64,000 bases of DNA, from positions 81,160,001 through 81,224,000 of the forward strand of contig NC_087437.1 in assembly GCF_036321535.1 (NCBI RefSeq), in the 5' to 3' direction. Numbering within the stretch: the stretch's first letter is position 1; each line of letters starts with the position of its first letter. The DNA is from Camelus dromedarius (taxonomy: Eukaryota). This document shows, one piece after another, positions 37,917 to 51,598 of the stretch. The notes below the pieces were generated by a model, which was not told the DNA's origin, searched no databases, and was given only the letters and a program-made list of their open reading frames with translations. The translations under genes were made by a program, and so were the position numbers.

Positions 37917-38830
37917 CAATTTTATCTCACTGCTTTCACTTAGCCAAAATATGGCATAGCATGTGTCATGTTATTAAATGCTCTTCATATACATAATTTC
38001 AAGTGCTATGTATTACATAATCTAAATACACTTTGAGCTGCTCGGTTTCCAATTTGTAGATGTTTATTTCTAATAGTTCAATTGTAAGTGATGTTATGGT
38101 GAACATTTATGATCATAAATTTCTGTTCACATTTCTGATTGTTTCCTTAAAATAGATACTTAGAATGTCATCAGTTAGTAATGGTAGCAGTTTAGATTTT
38201 TAACATTTTTTAAACTTCCTAATATGTTTGGTCAAATTGCTTTCCAAAAAGGTTTTTATCAATTTACAGTCTTGCCAGCAGTGTATCAGAGTTATCTTGC
38301 TCTAGTACCCTAATTACAGCATTACGTGTTTCCATCACTAAATTTTCGGCTAATGGAATCGTGTAAAATGGTTTTTAAGTTCTGTTTCTGATTGCTGACA
38401 AAGCAGCACTTTACTTATTTATTAGCCATCTGCATTTTCCATTTAATGACTTTAGTTTCAGTTCTTTGTTTTTTGGGTGTCTTATGTTTTTGTTTTTTTT
38501 TTGATTGAATAGTTAGAAGACTTTAGAAAGAACATAGACTCTTTTTGTGATCTCATCTAGAAACATTATTCTCACATTTGTTATCAATTTTGTTTATGGG
38601 AATTTTTGAAATAGGCAAGTCTTACTTTGCATAATCAAATTACTTGTCTTTTCTGTTGGCATATCTTCAGTTGCCTTATATTTGAGAAAGCCCTTCCCTA
38701 TCCAGAGATCAGATAAATATTTCCCCATTTTTTTTTTTAGTTTTATATGTGGTTTGATTTTGTAACAAACTCTAAACTATGTGGATTTTATTTTGCTGTA
38801 TTACACTTAGTAAGGTTCTATATTGACGAG
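37780..38830 (-). mobile_element. Old L1 (L1ME-type) fragment
   Basis: 'gtttccaattt...gtgaacattt...aatagatacttagaa...caaattgctttccaaaaagg...ttattagccatctgcatttt...aaagcccttccctatccagagatcagataaatatt'. Confidence 0.7.
37874..37914. repeat. (AT)n(GT)n microsatellite
   Basis: Seen directly. Confidence 0.95.
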
Positions 38831-41800
38831 GTTATATATTTTTTCCAAATAATGAACCAGTTGGCTTAGCACCAAGTATTCAGTTGTGCCATTCTCTAAG
38901 GTCCTTTTGGCTTTGTCTCTCTTAAATCCAATCACAGGGAATAGAGTTGTTCTTCCAGTCTCTTCTAGAACAATCCTCACTGTTGTTGTGAATGGTTTCC
39001 TAGGAAGCATATCTTATCTCCCACCCTCTTGGCTCTCATGCTTTGTCTTACATGTGACTCAGTGATGTCATTTCTTTCATTCCGTCTTTTCAGCAGTCAT
39101 ATCCCAATATGGGTATTTCTTTTGGCAGAATATTTCATTTAGGATGAGTTACTCAGCAGGATTGGGAAAGATGATTGACGTTTTACTCCCAAGAAATTTA
39201 ATACCCTTTCCACATCGTAAATAGCCATGACAAGAAGGTCCAGGAAGAAACTTCCTGCATCGATGACACAGAGCCAGACATTTTATCACTTCAAGCTGTG
39301 AGGCGGAGTACCCCCGACTCCAGCCAGCTCTAATGAGCTGTGGTTTGAAACTCTTGGTTATTTCCAAAGGAAAACCCAAGTTAATTGAAAAGATATTTTA
39401 AGGTTTCTCTGTGAGGCTTTCTTTTTACCTTCTGGACAGCAGGAAACATGTCTCCCAAACTGCCTTCTGTGCTCTTGGGTAACTCTGGAACATGGGAAAG
39501 TTGAAAAGGGAACCACTTGTCAGAGTCTTTGACCATCTTACACGACCACTTAGAATTGATTCTGAAAGTTGATTTGATTAGAAGTATATTTTAATCCAAA
39601 TAAAGTCGATATCAATCCAAATGTTTACCCCATTCTCTGAGACTGACCTTAGAAGGGAGTATCTCAAGAGATAGGAAATTAATTCCAGAGTTTTAAGTAA
39701 TAGACACCTTGAAAAATGTTTTTATTCATATGCACGTGCTCACACCTCAAACTTACATGCAGTGAAACTCCTTAACACCTTCTAAAGAGAGGTTCAAAAT
39801 AGGGTAAACAGGCTATTCATTTTTAACACATAAATAATATTTAGATTAAAAATTTGAATGTTAAGTACAGCCCCATCTTAAGCCTCTGGTTGTATTACGT
39901 ATTGTAATTCTTGTTTCTAAGCATGCGTTCTGTGGGCCAGTCCCAGTACACTTGTGCCAAAGGACACTTAGCAGGGATCTCTTCTGATTGGTTAGTGCCT
40001 TTGTTCTACTGCTTGTTAAATACTTTCAATATCACCCCTGCCTATACCTCTAGAAAAAATCAGGTGTGCATAAACAAAACCATGATTGTTTCTATACAAA
40101 TTGTATCACTTGAGATCCATGTAATTGAGGGGAAAAAAACACATGATAATTGTGCTATTTTCTTCATGTTGAGAATCAAGAGCACTCTTTTATCAAGATG
40201 AAACATAACATTTACGATTAGGTTTTATTATTACTTAAAATTTAAAAAGGGATAATGACTAAGAGGACCTAATTTTAATATATATATATATCTCCGTATG
40301 CAAAAAAACTGAGTTATCTAACTAGATCACTAACAATAAATTTTTGAAGTACATAGCATTTATTAACAGATATTTTAAAATATTGGCTTAATAATGATCT
40401 AATTAACTCAAGTCTCCTTACAATCAATGTTCCCCTTATATATGACATCTATTTTCACCCTTCCATTTTTCCCATCAGAGATCCACCTGCCTTTCTCAGA
40501 AGCTGTGTCTATCATTTGCAAAAAGAGAAGTGGTATCAAATTTTAAAGTATTACAGTTAGCAGATAAGTGAATAGAGAGAAATACGGTCTGGTCCCTACT
40601 CCCACTCTAAGATTGTGTGCACTGAATACATCAGGTTTCCCACCCTTAGCAGTGAGTGTCCTAAACAGAAACTTGAGAATTTTACATCTAGACTAACAAC
40701 ATCACCAAAGACGTATGTCTGATTTCTCCCTAGCTGACCAGAAACATGAGACTTTTGCAAGTAGGATGTTAGATTCACTTTTAGTCAGATGTTAGATTGA
40801 ATCAGTGTATTTCGTAACTTTCGTTAGAACACCCTAAAAATGAATTAAAACCAGAATGTGACATTCCCAAGTTTTTCTCATGTGATTTAGCCCTTGAGTC
40901 ATCGAAATTTGATTTTGAGCAACCCTTAGCCACTCCCCAAAAGACAGTTCTTTATCTCCAGGCCTGAAAATAAAGTTTAATCTACAATGGATATACTGAT
41001 GCCACAAAAATACCAAGCGGGTAAACCTGTAAAGAATAACCTGCAAAGAGTAGCATCCTGGTGTTATCATTGCTTTTGTGAAAGCTGATTTGAAAAATAA
41101 CATCAGGAGGAAGTTAGTGTAACACAGGGTGAATCAAAAATCCCTCATACTGTGTGCTCACGGCTGCTGTGGTTATTTCTAGATGAGCGTAGGCTTTCCC
41201 TAGCCAGGACTGAAAAGCAAGCTGAATTGATCATCAGCGGCATTTCCTTTTACCACTTCAGCATCCTCCCCGCATTGTATCTCACCAAGTGGATACTTAG
41301 CCTCAACATCCCCAGAAAGAGGGTAAAAGTGAATCCCCTTAATCAGTCACCCTGCTTGAGATGTAGCACAACCTGGGTTCTTAAGGGACAGAATATCTTG
41401 AAACTTAGGGGGGAGAAAAAAACCATCTCTTACAGGCTAGGAGGGAAGTAGGCTTGTTTCCTAACATATAGTCAACATTTAAAAAATAATTGCTGAAGGG
41501 AGAGATGAGAGTTGAGGAAGGAAGTGGTGATGGCTGTTTACAGCAGGAATGGGTCAGCCAGCTGCAGAGAAAAGAGCCAGTAAGGAAATGACCTGAGAAA
41601 GAAAACATGGTCTGAGGGTGGTGTCCACGGGCAGCAGTGCTGTGCTGGGGCCGCCCCAGCCAAACTGTGCAGCAGCCTGTGGGTTGTGGGACTTTGCCTC
41701 ACATCCCACCCCCGTGCCCCACACCAGCTACTCGGAGACTCCTCTGCATGTTGACAGATGCTCGTAACAGCAAGCCCAGGACGGCAAAGAAAAGTTACTG

Positions 41801-43356
41801 GTAACTTCTTTAAAAAAAAAACACTGTACATTAAACAGCTTAACTGAAATTGAGTTGTAATTGATTAAACGTGTTCACTTAGAAATTATCACAATATTTT
41901 ATTTCTCTGAGAGTTCAGGTAAAAGACATTTCCCTACCCTTTTTGTAAGAGGACTCAGGGAAAGAATTCAGTGTGGGTTTCTTAGTGGGAATTTTAGAGA
42001 CTTCAGCATAGACACTTTGGGCAGAAGGACTTTCCTGATGTCCTGTAAAAAATTCCTTACAGAGTGGCAGCTGCTTGCTCATTAGTCCAGTCTTGGTGCA
42101 TCTTTGGATTGTGGATTAGGCAAGAGAATAATTACAGGTCTAGAAAGAATTGGATTCTGCAGCTAAATGATGTCCTTAATTTTTGGCAGCACATACTATA
42201 CATATAGTCTTGTCATCATCTTAACAGAATACTGATCTGTACTCAAGAACTCAAACAGAAACTTTGTTCCATTCACGTGAAGAGTGAAATATTTTCCATT
42301 TGTTTCAGTCAAAAACTTGTTTAAAACAAATCATTACAGCAAAGGAAGTAAGAATTGGGATAACGCAGTTCAAACTCAACACAGCAACACATAGGTGTTT
42401 CCACTAGAATGCAACGTGTCTGAAAAACATCACGTTTTGCAAAATGTGCATTAGATGGCGAACTCGTAGGGCAGATAGAGGACAAGCCATTCAAAACTCT
42501 GGAACTGTAGCCACAGCTCTAGCAAAAAATGATTATTCGTACCTGGAAAGACAACCTGGCTCCTCTAGGAAGCATCTCCTGTGGAACTGGAGGTTGCCTC
42601 AACAGGGATTTTAAATTCTCAGAAAAGATAGCGACCATGTGTGGTAATCCTTTCACTGGGAGTAAGGTAGACACAGGAGACAGTGCCATGGGCCTGACTG
42701 TCCCTCTCTGGGAAAGGGTCCTGTAAGCAAGTGCTCTTACTTAATTTTCTTATGGTAAAGCCAAGAGGTCCTCTGCCAGTGTGACATCAAAGCTGAACCC
42801 TTTTTTTTCTTTCCTGCTAAAGGTTATACTTCTATACTTACTATTCCCCCCACCCCTTGCCTGGGAAAAAATTGTGTATACATTATAATTCTTCTATTTC
42901 CCAATAGTGTGTGAGCTGTGCAGTACAGAAGCATATATAGTAGCTAAACAGACTGCTGATTAAAATAGCTTTCCCTAATTATAAATGTAATTTGCCCTTG
43001 TGAGGAATTTGGAAAGTACAGAAAATGAAATTAACATCAGCTTATAAGAAATAGCTACTGTTAAAAAAAAACCAAACTATAATCTATTTCCTTCTGGTCT
43101 TTTGTCTCTACATATTTGTTACACACTTAGATTATACTATAAATATAAATTTGTACCCTTTCTATTTATCTTATGCATATTTTCCCACCTTACTATATAG
43201 AGGTCAAAAATTTGAACCATAATTTATATAGCAAAACCTCTGCTTTTGGCGGATGAGGTTGTTTTACATGGTGGTAATAAACACATTTACACACAAATGA
43301 TGACTGTATCTTTGATTAACCCCATAGGCTAGGTTGCTAAGTAGGAAATTACTGGG

Positions 43357-43702
43357 TGCCTTCGTCCACTAGGGCTTCTATAAGGAAAATACCACAGCAA
43401 CAAACGTTTACTTCTCACAGTTGTGGAGCCTGGGAGGTTCAAGATCAAGGAGCTGGCGGATTTGGTGTCTGGTGAGAGTTCGCCTCGGGCTCACAACCAT
43501 CTTCTCGCTGTGTCCTTACGCGGCGGAAGCAGGGTGGGAGCTTTCTGGGGTCTGTTTCATAAGAGTGCTAATCCCATGGAAGAGGATTCCAAAGCCTCAT
43601 GACTATTTACTTCCCAAAGGTCCCACTCCCAAATACCATCACACTGGGGGTTAAGTTTAATACATGCTTTGGTTGGGGGACAGAAACATTCAGCCTACAG
43701 CA
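43357..43702 (-). mobile_element. MaLR solo LTR, MLT1A-like, nested in an old L1; near 5-bp TSD ctggg/ctcgg
   Basis: 'acttctcacagttgtggagcctgggaggttcaagatcaagg...aaataccatcacactgggggtt...aaacattcagcctacagca', with TG...CA termini. Confidence 0.85.
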
Positions 43703-44884
43703 CTCGGTCAATATATGATGCAAGAAGTAAAAATACTTCTTTTAAAAAATAATCTGGTAAGAGTAAACTTTTTGTATTTTGTGGGGGTTTTTTGTTTTGT
43801 TTTGTTTTGTTTTTAACATAAGGTCTTTAATACAAGAAGGAAAATAGCCAAGAGTAAGCATGGCATTGTGGCCCTTCTTTACTATGGGCCTATTGTTTTT
43901 TAGAATGGAAGTATGTTAGCAAAGCTCTTTTTCTCATAGCTGTAAACACCTATGTGACTAAGTATCTCATTCTACACATCCTGGATTGTCAGCAGTTCTG
44001 GTGCCTGGACTATCTGTATCATATACGTGGATTAAATCAAGTGTCAAAACATCAGTGCCGTGCTTATCTCTTGAACTCAGTCTGTTTCTTCTCTATATTT
44101 GCTGCCCTGCCCTTGTTCTGTTCCTGCCCCTCTCCCCTGGCTATCTTATCCTTGGCTCACATCATGTCTGGTGATGACTCCACCATAAAGTTCACACTAA
44201 ACGAGTCCCTAGTTCAAGTCGCTCTGTGACCTTAAAACTTCCCTTGGGACAGCTAAGGCAGTTTGGGAGAAGGAAGAATGCAGAGTCCTTGGGAATCTGC
44301 CCTTCCAGTTTTGAGGTCCTCTGGGCATAAATATGTACAGAATAGTAAAAAGCACAGGCTTTGGAAGTAGAAATGCTGGCTGTGAGTCTCAGCTTCGCCC
44401 CCTTGGACCAGGGAGTGCTTGGTGTCAGGAGCTCGCGGTGGTTGTGTTGTCTGAGGTAGCAGCAGCCAGGAGGCACAAGCAAACACTGGATGTTAATTGG
44501 TTTTAAAAGACAATACTTACCTTCGAATCTTTTTGAGGTCTAATGTAAAGACAGAATTCGGCTGGGTCACATCTCAAATGAAGTGAAAATAAACACGTAG
44601 GCAATCCAGAGGATTTAGTTTCTTTCCACTGCAGTTTGTAAGTAAACTAAACTAATGGGAGTTTTGAAGAAACTGCTTCTGCCAAATCTTCAGACATTTA
44701 CGGGGGAACCAAGTGAGTACAATAAAACAGAGGCAGATATATGTACTAAAGCTCTTTCCAGCAACTGTTAAGCCAGTGTCATGGGAGACTTCATTGAGTA
44801 CAAGAAAGGGCTACTTCCAATTCTTTGATTTATTTTTTTTTAAGTTCACAGTAACTCAAAAGCTGACTCTTCCTCTCTTTTCAG

Positions 44885-44933
44885 CCATCGTACGTCCCAA
44901 GGAAACTAATCCCAGTAACAATCATCAAGCAAG
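44885..44933 (+). CDS. ABI3BP: ABI3BP coding exon (approx. exon 7), 49 bp, phase 0-1: PSYVPRKLIPVTIIKQ(V)
   Basis: Long polypyrimidine tract plus cAG, donor GTaatc. Matches recalled 'YVPRKLIPITIIKQ'. Confidence 0.93.
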
Positions 44934-45010
44934 GTAATCTGTGCAAGTCTGCTCTGGATATGTGTTCAGAACTGTTCTAATACACTTTTTGTTATTGTTG
45001 TTAATGCTGC

Positions 45011-45060
45011 TTTTTTTTTAAATTGAAGTATAGTTGATTTACAATGTTATGTTAGTTTCA
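45011..45060 (-). mobile_element. Extremely 5'-truncated L1 (~50 bp 3' tip)
   Basis: T-run plus 'aaattgaagtatagttgatttacaatgttatgttagtttca'. Degenerate flanking repeat taatgctgctttt / taatctactttt. Confidence 0.75.
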
Positions 45061-45966
45061 TAATCTACTTTTTAACTGAGATAGTTACACATAGCATGTA
45101 TTTTTTTCAACTTTTCTGATTATTTTTCAGGAAAAAAGTTGGAAGAAATCAGTAGGATCTAATAAATTAGAAGTTAACAGATAATTTTGACTTGTATACC
45201 TATAGGTCAAGTCTCAGCAAGGCATGTTAGTTAGACAAGTAGGACAAAATAGCCCTAACAAAGTATGAAATTGTAAAAAGCCAACGAAACATGTGTGGCT
45301 TTGTTCAGGACTAAGGTAACTTCCATCATTAATCATTAATAGGATATTTGAATTAATGAAATGGTAACGATTTAGTGGTCACATTAGGGAAAGTAAAGAA
45401 ATCCAAATTTGAAGAATAAGGTCTTATTTCATTTCAGTATACAGTCGTTTTTGTTTTGACTTCCCGTTTTTCAGGTTATTAAAATGACTTCATTATTTCC
45501 AGAAAGTTTCTTGGTAGAAGAGATTGTGTACTTAAGATAGTTCTTCATTTTAAGAAAACACGATGTCCCAAGTGTATTCTCAGAACCGGATAATATTGGA
45601 ATCATCCTAAGAGTCTTTGCTTTGAGAATATACATTTCTAACTTTCATTTATTGGGTCATTTTGTGCTAGTTCTTTACCTGGAGGAGCCTGCAGGGAGGG
45701 GAGTGGAGAAAGGAAATTTTCAGCTCATTAGAATGGAACATGATATGATGGAATAATAATGGCCTTTTGTTACTTGAAGGCACAGGTGTTATGATATGCC
45801 TTCTAGTCCTTTTCTTGGCTGTGTAACCAGCCCAGTGAGTTCCTTTCTATTAAAAAGTTGTATCAGGGCCTCTGCAGTGCAGATGACTTCACAATGTAAG
45901 CTTGTTACTGCTTCATGACGATTTCTTTTTTTGCATTCACACTATTACCTTTTGATATTTCAACAG

Positions 45967-46038
45967 TGATTCAGAATGTCACTCACAAGGCCTCAACTAA
46001 ATCCCCAGATAAGACTCCCTTCGGAGGAACAATACTGG
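45967..46038 (+). CDS. ABI3BP: ABI3BP coding exon (approx. exon 8), 72 bp, phase 1-1: VIQNVTHKASTKSPDKTPFGGTIL
   Basis: Acceptor tttcaacAG, donor GTgagt. Contains an N-glycosylation sequon (NVT). Confidence 0.93.
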
Positions 46039-46627
46039 GTGAGTTTATCTTGAAATCTACACCTACAATAAGCTAGTCAGGCTATTTTTTTTTTTTTTGA
46101 TAATTAGGCTGTTATGGAATTTTTCACTGTGAGCGGTTCTGCTAAATTGATGTTGGTTCATTTCCTTTCAGTATTTAGCATCCTGGCTTGTGTGCATTCC
46201 AGGCTACGATCCAAGAGATGCTACCTCTATCATGGTGTGTTAGACAGCTCTAGCCTGTGCCTGGCAGGGATGCGGGTGCCCATCCTATCTGCCCCGCAGG
46301 GTTGTTGCAGTTATGAGGGTCTTTGTCATAGTGAACTGCTCTTTTAAAAATTATCATTAATAATGGTGTTTGTTCACCACACATTTTAAGCAGCCAATTT
46401 ACCATTTTTGAGTCTATGGATTAAAAGCCAGAGTATTTTGGTACTTCAGTTCTGAATATGAAAAAGATTCTGTTTAAAAGTTCCTGTCATATTTTTTCTG
46501 TCATTTTAAAGTTTGGAGTAAAACTGACTAAGGAAAATAACCACTGAACTTCATGGTTTCTAGTATCCGATGCTCTGAGCTTTGTGTCGTGACACGTTTT
46601 CTTTTGTTTTATTCTATTTTCTTGCAG

Positions 46628-46720
46628 TCCACCTTGTTATTCCAGGTCTCAATGAAACCGTTGTAAAACTTCCTACCTCCATAATGTTCGAAATTTCAGA
46701 TGCAGTCAAGACACAATTAG
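46628..46720 (+). CDS. ABI3BP: ABI3BP coding exon (approx. exon 9), 93 bp, phase 1-1: VHLVIPGLNETVVKLPTSIMFEISDAVKTQL
   Basis: Acceptor ttttcttgcAG, donor GTaagc. Open in frame, with sequon NET. Confidence 0.94.
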
Positions 46721-46849
46721 GTAAGCAGCAAAGATCTATATTTGGACTTTGCAGTGACTGAAGACTAGCACTGATAGTCTTAGGATAGCCAAGGGATCTA
46801 GCAAGTAAGCTGTTTGGGGACCTCAAAGTAACAAGTAAGGAATAGGCAT

Positions 46850-47498
46850 GTGCACAGTGAACAGGAATATAAAATGCTACAGTTACAGGAAAACAATACA
46901 ACCATTCCTCAAGAGAATGAATATAGAATTACCATATTATACAGCAGTTCCACTTCTGGGTATATAACCAAAAGAAGTGGAAAACAAAAGTTCTTAAAGA
47001 GATACTTGTACACCCATGTTCATAGCAGCATTATTCACAACAGCTAAAATGTGGAAGAAATCTAAGTGCCCATTAACAAATGAATGGATAAGCAAAATGT
47101 GGTATATACACACAATGAAATACTATTTAGCCTTAAAAAAAAAAGGAAATTCCAACGTACACTACAATGTGGATGAACTTTGAGGACATTGTGCTAAGTG
47201 CAATAAGCCAGTCACAAAGGATAAAAAGAATATATGATTCCACTTGTATGAGGTACTAGAGTGATCAATTCATAGAGACGGAAGGTATGATGATGGTTAT
47301 CAGGGACTGGAGGAGGAGGAGAATGGGGAGTTAGTGTTCCATGGTACAGAGTTTCAGTTTTACAAGATGAAACGAGTTCTGGAGATGGATGGTAGTGATG
47401 ATTGCACAATATTCTGAACGTATTTAATACCACTGAATCGCACACTTAACAGTGAAGACTGTAAATCTTTTACCACAAAAATTGGAGGAAAAAAAAAA
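46850..47498 (+). mobile_element. L1MB-type 3' region with A tail
   Basis: 'tagaattaccata...ttccacttctgggtatata...atgttcatagcagcattattcaca...aataagccagtcacaaagga...gtacagagtttcagtttt...ttctggagatggatggt'. Confidence 0.9.
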
Positions 47499-47944
47499 GG
47501 CAGACAGGTTGGAGTGTTGGAGGTATTCATATAAATCCCATTCTGTGGGAAATGGTTATTTTATATTTACATTTATGAAAGGAGAGTGAACATTTATCAG
47601 ATTATCCAAAATACACACATTCTGTAGGTATAAGAGTCCAATGGAGTAACTGTTATGAAAAATACTCATTGTGCTCTGCTGTCAGGGGGCCACTAGATAG
47701 ATGGTTTCAGTGAGAACTGATGTAAAGGTCAGGTCTCTTAGAATTATGTCCCTGGTATTGATACTGCTTCCTACTTCAAGAAAGAACCTGATACGATTTT
47801 AGTGTTTAAAAAACATAACATTTGGAGGAAAAAAACAGCAAAACCCTTTAAAAGGAGCCCAGGAGACAATTGGGGTGGTCACTGGGCTACGCTAGTTGCT
47901 GCATTTGAGTATCAAATTGGTGTGGATTCTCTCTGTAGCAGGAG

Positions 47945-48124
47945 ACCACAAACTTGAGGAAGCACCAGAATTCCTGGAGGGCTTGTCACACACAGACTGC
48001 TGGGCTTACCCCCAGGTCACTGATTCAGTAGGTCTAGGGTGGGCAGTGGGGCAGAGAGTTTCCATTTCTACCTAGTACTCAGGTGATACTGCTGGTCCAG
48101 AAACCACACTTTCTAAAATCTCTG
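47945..48124. mobile_element. MER5A-like MITE
   Basis: 'cagaattcctggagggcttgt...cagactgctgggc...tgattcagtaggtctagggtggg...ctcaggtgatactgctggtccagaaaccacactt'. Confidence 0.75.
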
Positions 48125-48906
48125 GAGAACTTCTTGGGTGGGCCACTGATTAATATGGAAGAAGATGGCATGATGGGGTAGAAACTGAACAAGACTTAAC
48201 AATGTTTTCCCTGAACTCGATGTACTGGCTAAGAACTTTCACACTTACATAATTGAATCTTCACATTTTATGGATGTGGAAACAAGTCTCTGTTTGACAA
48301 CATTCATTCAACAAATATTTATTAAGCATTACTTGGCACCAGAACTGCAGATTGCCGGGGACATAATGTGGAGGTACCCAAACGCGGGACCTCTGCATCC
48401 AGGGACCTCAGACTTCATTTCTCGTCCCTCGTTGGAGGTCTGACTTACTGGCTTGTCTGATGCTGGGCCATCAGATTGTAACAGTTTTAAAAGGTGAACT
48501 CTTAACATTCTCTTAAGCTGTTAATTTGCAAACCTCCTAGATGAAGGAGGAGCAAAGCCTTAAGTGGGTAGAAAAGCATGAATTAATAGACTATTAGACT
48601 TACACTTTGAGAAAATTTTTCAAAATTTATGTATCACCATTTTATTAAGAGGTGAACATATTTGTTAATACATCCTTGTGATTTTGTGTCATTCTTACAT
48701 TTTTACTGTAAAACACTCACACCTGGTAGTGCTATGGTGAGTTATCTCCAGGAATGTAGAGAAATGATTCCAGGTTTCATTTCTTTAATTTGTGCCTCAG
48801 ACCTGATCACCTCCTGTGTAGCTGTAAAACCCTGAGACTCAACCCCACATCATCTAATGCTGCTCTGCAGGCTAGGAAGCTTCCAAATGAAATCCCCTTA
48901 GTGAAT

Positions 48907-49385
48907 TGCTACTGGAAAAATGTGGGGCGAGAGGATGGCTGTGTCCCAGGGACACACCCCGCCAAGTGAGGGTCCTTGGCTTCATGCAGGAAAGAGTTCC
49001 AGAGCGAGCCACAGTTGAATAAAGGTAGATTTATTCAGAAAGATACATACTCCATAGACAGAGTGCAGGCTATTTCAGAAGGCAGGAGAAAAGCCACAAG
49101 GTGTGGGGGTTAGGTGCTCAGTTGAAAGTAAAAGTAGATACACACTCCATGGACAGAGTGCAGGCTGTCTTGGAAGGCGGGGAGTGAGAGGCCACAAGGT
49201 GAGGTGTTACTAGTTTTTATGGGCTCGGTAGCTTTATATGCTAACAAGTAGGAGAATTATTCCAACTGCTTTTGGGGAAAAGACTGAGATTCTCTGGAAT
49301 TGGGCCACCACCCACTTTTTGACCTTCTATGGTTAGCTTCGGAGCTGTCATGGTGCCTGGGGGAGTGCCATTTACCATGAGGACT
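48907..49385 (-). mobile_element. ERV1-class LTR (partial) with internal ~95-bp-period duplication
   Basis: Starts 'tgctactggaaaa'. 'gggtccttggcttcatgcaggaaagagttccagagcgagcc' and a minus-strand AATAAA (tttatt near 49030) are typical of reverse ERV1 LTR R/U5. Confidence 0.65.
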
Positions 49386-50654
49386 ATTTCCTTTTTTTTT
49401 TTTTCCTTCTTTTTTTGCAAAGTTCTACATACTGCCTTAATACCAATCCAGCCTTTTTGTCTTCTTTAATTGAGAGAATTAAACGGATCATTTTTTGGTT
49501 TGCTTTGCTTTTTACTCTTTTTATTCTGATATGATTCACTAAAGCTCCAGGATTAAGTGTGATTTTAATGAAGACAAGTTCTATGTGAATAGTAAATATC
49601 TTGTTAAACTTTATTTCTCAGGAAACACCTATCTTAAAATACCACATGGCAAATTTCGTACACATTGTAAAGACTAGTATGCAGTATGTTTGAAAGTGAC
49701 CAGTAAATCCATCAAATATATCACCTTAGACTGTGTTCACAATTTACATTTTAGATTTACTGGTTTTATGGAAAAAAATGTGAGCATCAACAGTTCTTTA
49801 TACCAACAAAGGAGCAATAAACTTTCCTGAAGTTATTTATCACTGCAATTCAGAAAAGTCCTATTTTGTGAGAGGTAAAGCCTAAAAATATCTTCCTTCC
49901 AGCAGGACCCAAAATGGGCCATCAAAAAATAAGTAGGGTTTGTTCTAAGAACACATGGTGTGACTAATGAGAGAAATAAACAAGAAAGCTAATATTACAC
50001 ACACATTTCCCAGAGACATAAAAAAGGGTTTGCCAAAGCGAAGACTTAGCCTGCCAAAAATGAAAGGAAACAACTCTGTTGAAAAAAGGTACAGAAGAAT
50101 CAGGGAGGAAAAGGGACTTCCTGGGTTTTAGGCTGTGTTCTGGTGGCCTTTCTCTGCTGTTGCCAAGACGGCAGTTGTACGCGATGGTGTTGATGAATAC
50201 TCACGGCTTGATAGGAGTCATGAAGCGTCTCCATTCAATTATCTTCCCCTCCTACCAACTTCTCTGATGTCTGAAATGCCATATTTAGAAACACCACCTA
50301 CCTCTATAAGGAATTGGTGATGTGTAAAGAAGACAGGTATCTCTGGGAAAGGTAGTTGATCATTTTTCCTTCGTTAACAGCCTCATTTTAGGTGAGTGGG
50401 GTCACTGGCTAAGGGCATGCTTTGAACAGAAGGAGCTAAAGCAAAGCACACCAGAGCATTGTCTGCAAGTCTAGGATCTGGAAGTTAAAATAAATAATTT
50501 CCCCAAATAAATTCAATAAATGACTACATGGTCCTAGTCAGCTAGGGAACCATGAAGAGTGTTGGATGTTATACAGAAAGGAGAGGTTTAGCAAAGATAC
50601 CCTGAAGGAAAAGAGGACACTGAAAAAGAAGAGAGCATTAAAGGAAAACTTTCT

Positions 50655-50765
50655 GGTGCGAGGGAGATAGCTCAGTGGTAGAGCATGTGCTTAGCATGCA
50701 TGAGGTCCTGGTTCAATACCCAGTGCCTCCATTAAAAAAACAAAGCAAACAAACAAACAAAAAAA
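50655..50765 (+). mobile_element. tRNA-Ala-derived SINE (camelid Vic-1-like)
   Basis: 'atagctcagtggtagagcatgtgcttagcatgcatgaggtcctggttcaatacccagtgcctcca' plus an (AAAC)n tail. Confidence 0.88.
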
Positions 50766-51382
50766 CCCTTCCTATGTACACGCTGAAAATAATAGAACCA
50801 GAGCTCATGAATATTTATAATCTGTTTGTTTTTCCCATGCTAACAATCACAATGGTTCTAAACGTAAGCTGTGACCACAAAAGAAGCAGGAAGAAAAATG
50901 TTGATAAAATTTAGCAATCTGAAAAATAGAATTTATCATAAAATGATACTGGATCTGTTTATTTTTTTAGTTATTCCCAAAAGAGAATCCCTTTCCTTTA
51001 TGCCCTGCTAAATCAGTTTGAACAATTTTAGTAAAAACCTCTGTGTGCAGACACGCTGTGCAACTCCGCTTGCACAGGGATCAGAACACACACTCTGCTG
51101 GCAGCTGTGGCAAGTACGGTAGTACTTGTGCCTGTTTCTAGCATTTTCAGTCACTCTCGAAAATCATTAGTTCTAGGACTCTCTTGTACACTTCCATCAT
51201 TCAGATTGAAAATTGATTTGCTTCTATCAACTTTGTAAAAGGGATGACTTTAGAATTGACTTTTAGTCCATCAGAAGTAAATAAATATTTTGTGCCCATG
51301 TTAACTGAAAAGAAGAAAATAGCCTTTTCAGCAGTGTTACAAAATCTGCATCCTCAAAGAACTTGGAGGGAACAGATGAGAT

Positions 51383-51598
51383 CAGTAGTTCTCAACAGAG
51401 GGCGATTCTGTCCCCCAGGGGATATTTGGCAGTGTCTGGAGACATTTTTAGTTGTCAAGGCTATGGAAGTGTGGAATCCAGTGGGTAAAGGTCAGAGATG
51501 CTGCTGAATATCCTACGGTTCACACGAAAGACCCCCCCCACACCAATAAAAAATTATCCAGCCCAATACGTTGGTAGTGCCAATGTTGAGAAACCCAG
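51383..51598. mobile_element. MER20 hAT-Charlie MITE
   Basis: 'cagtagttctcaac...gggcgattctgtcccccaggggatatttggcagtgtctggagacattttt...aattatccagccca...gttgagaaaccc'. Confidence 0.88.

Noticed and set aside
50655..50735. tRNA-Ala gene candidates (also 8481 and 28705)
   Set aside because: Acceptor stems are altered and A-rich tails follow, so these are SINE copies and not tRNA genes.
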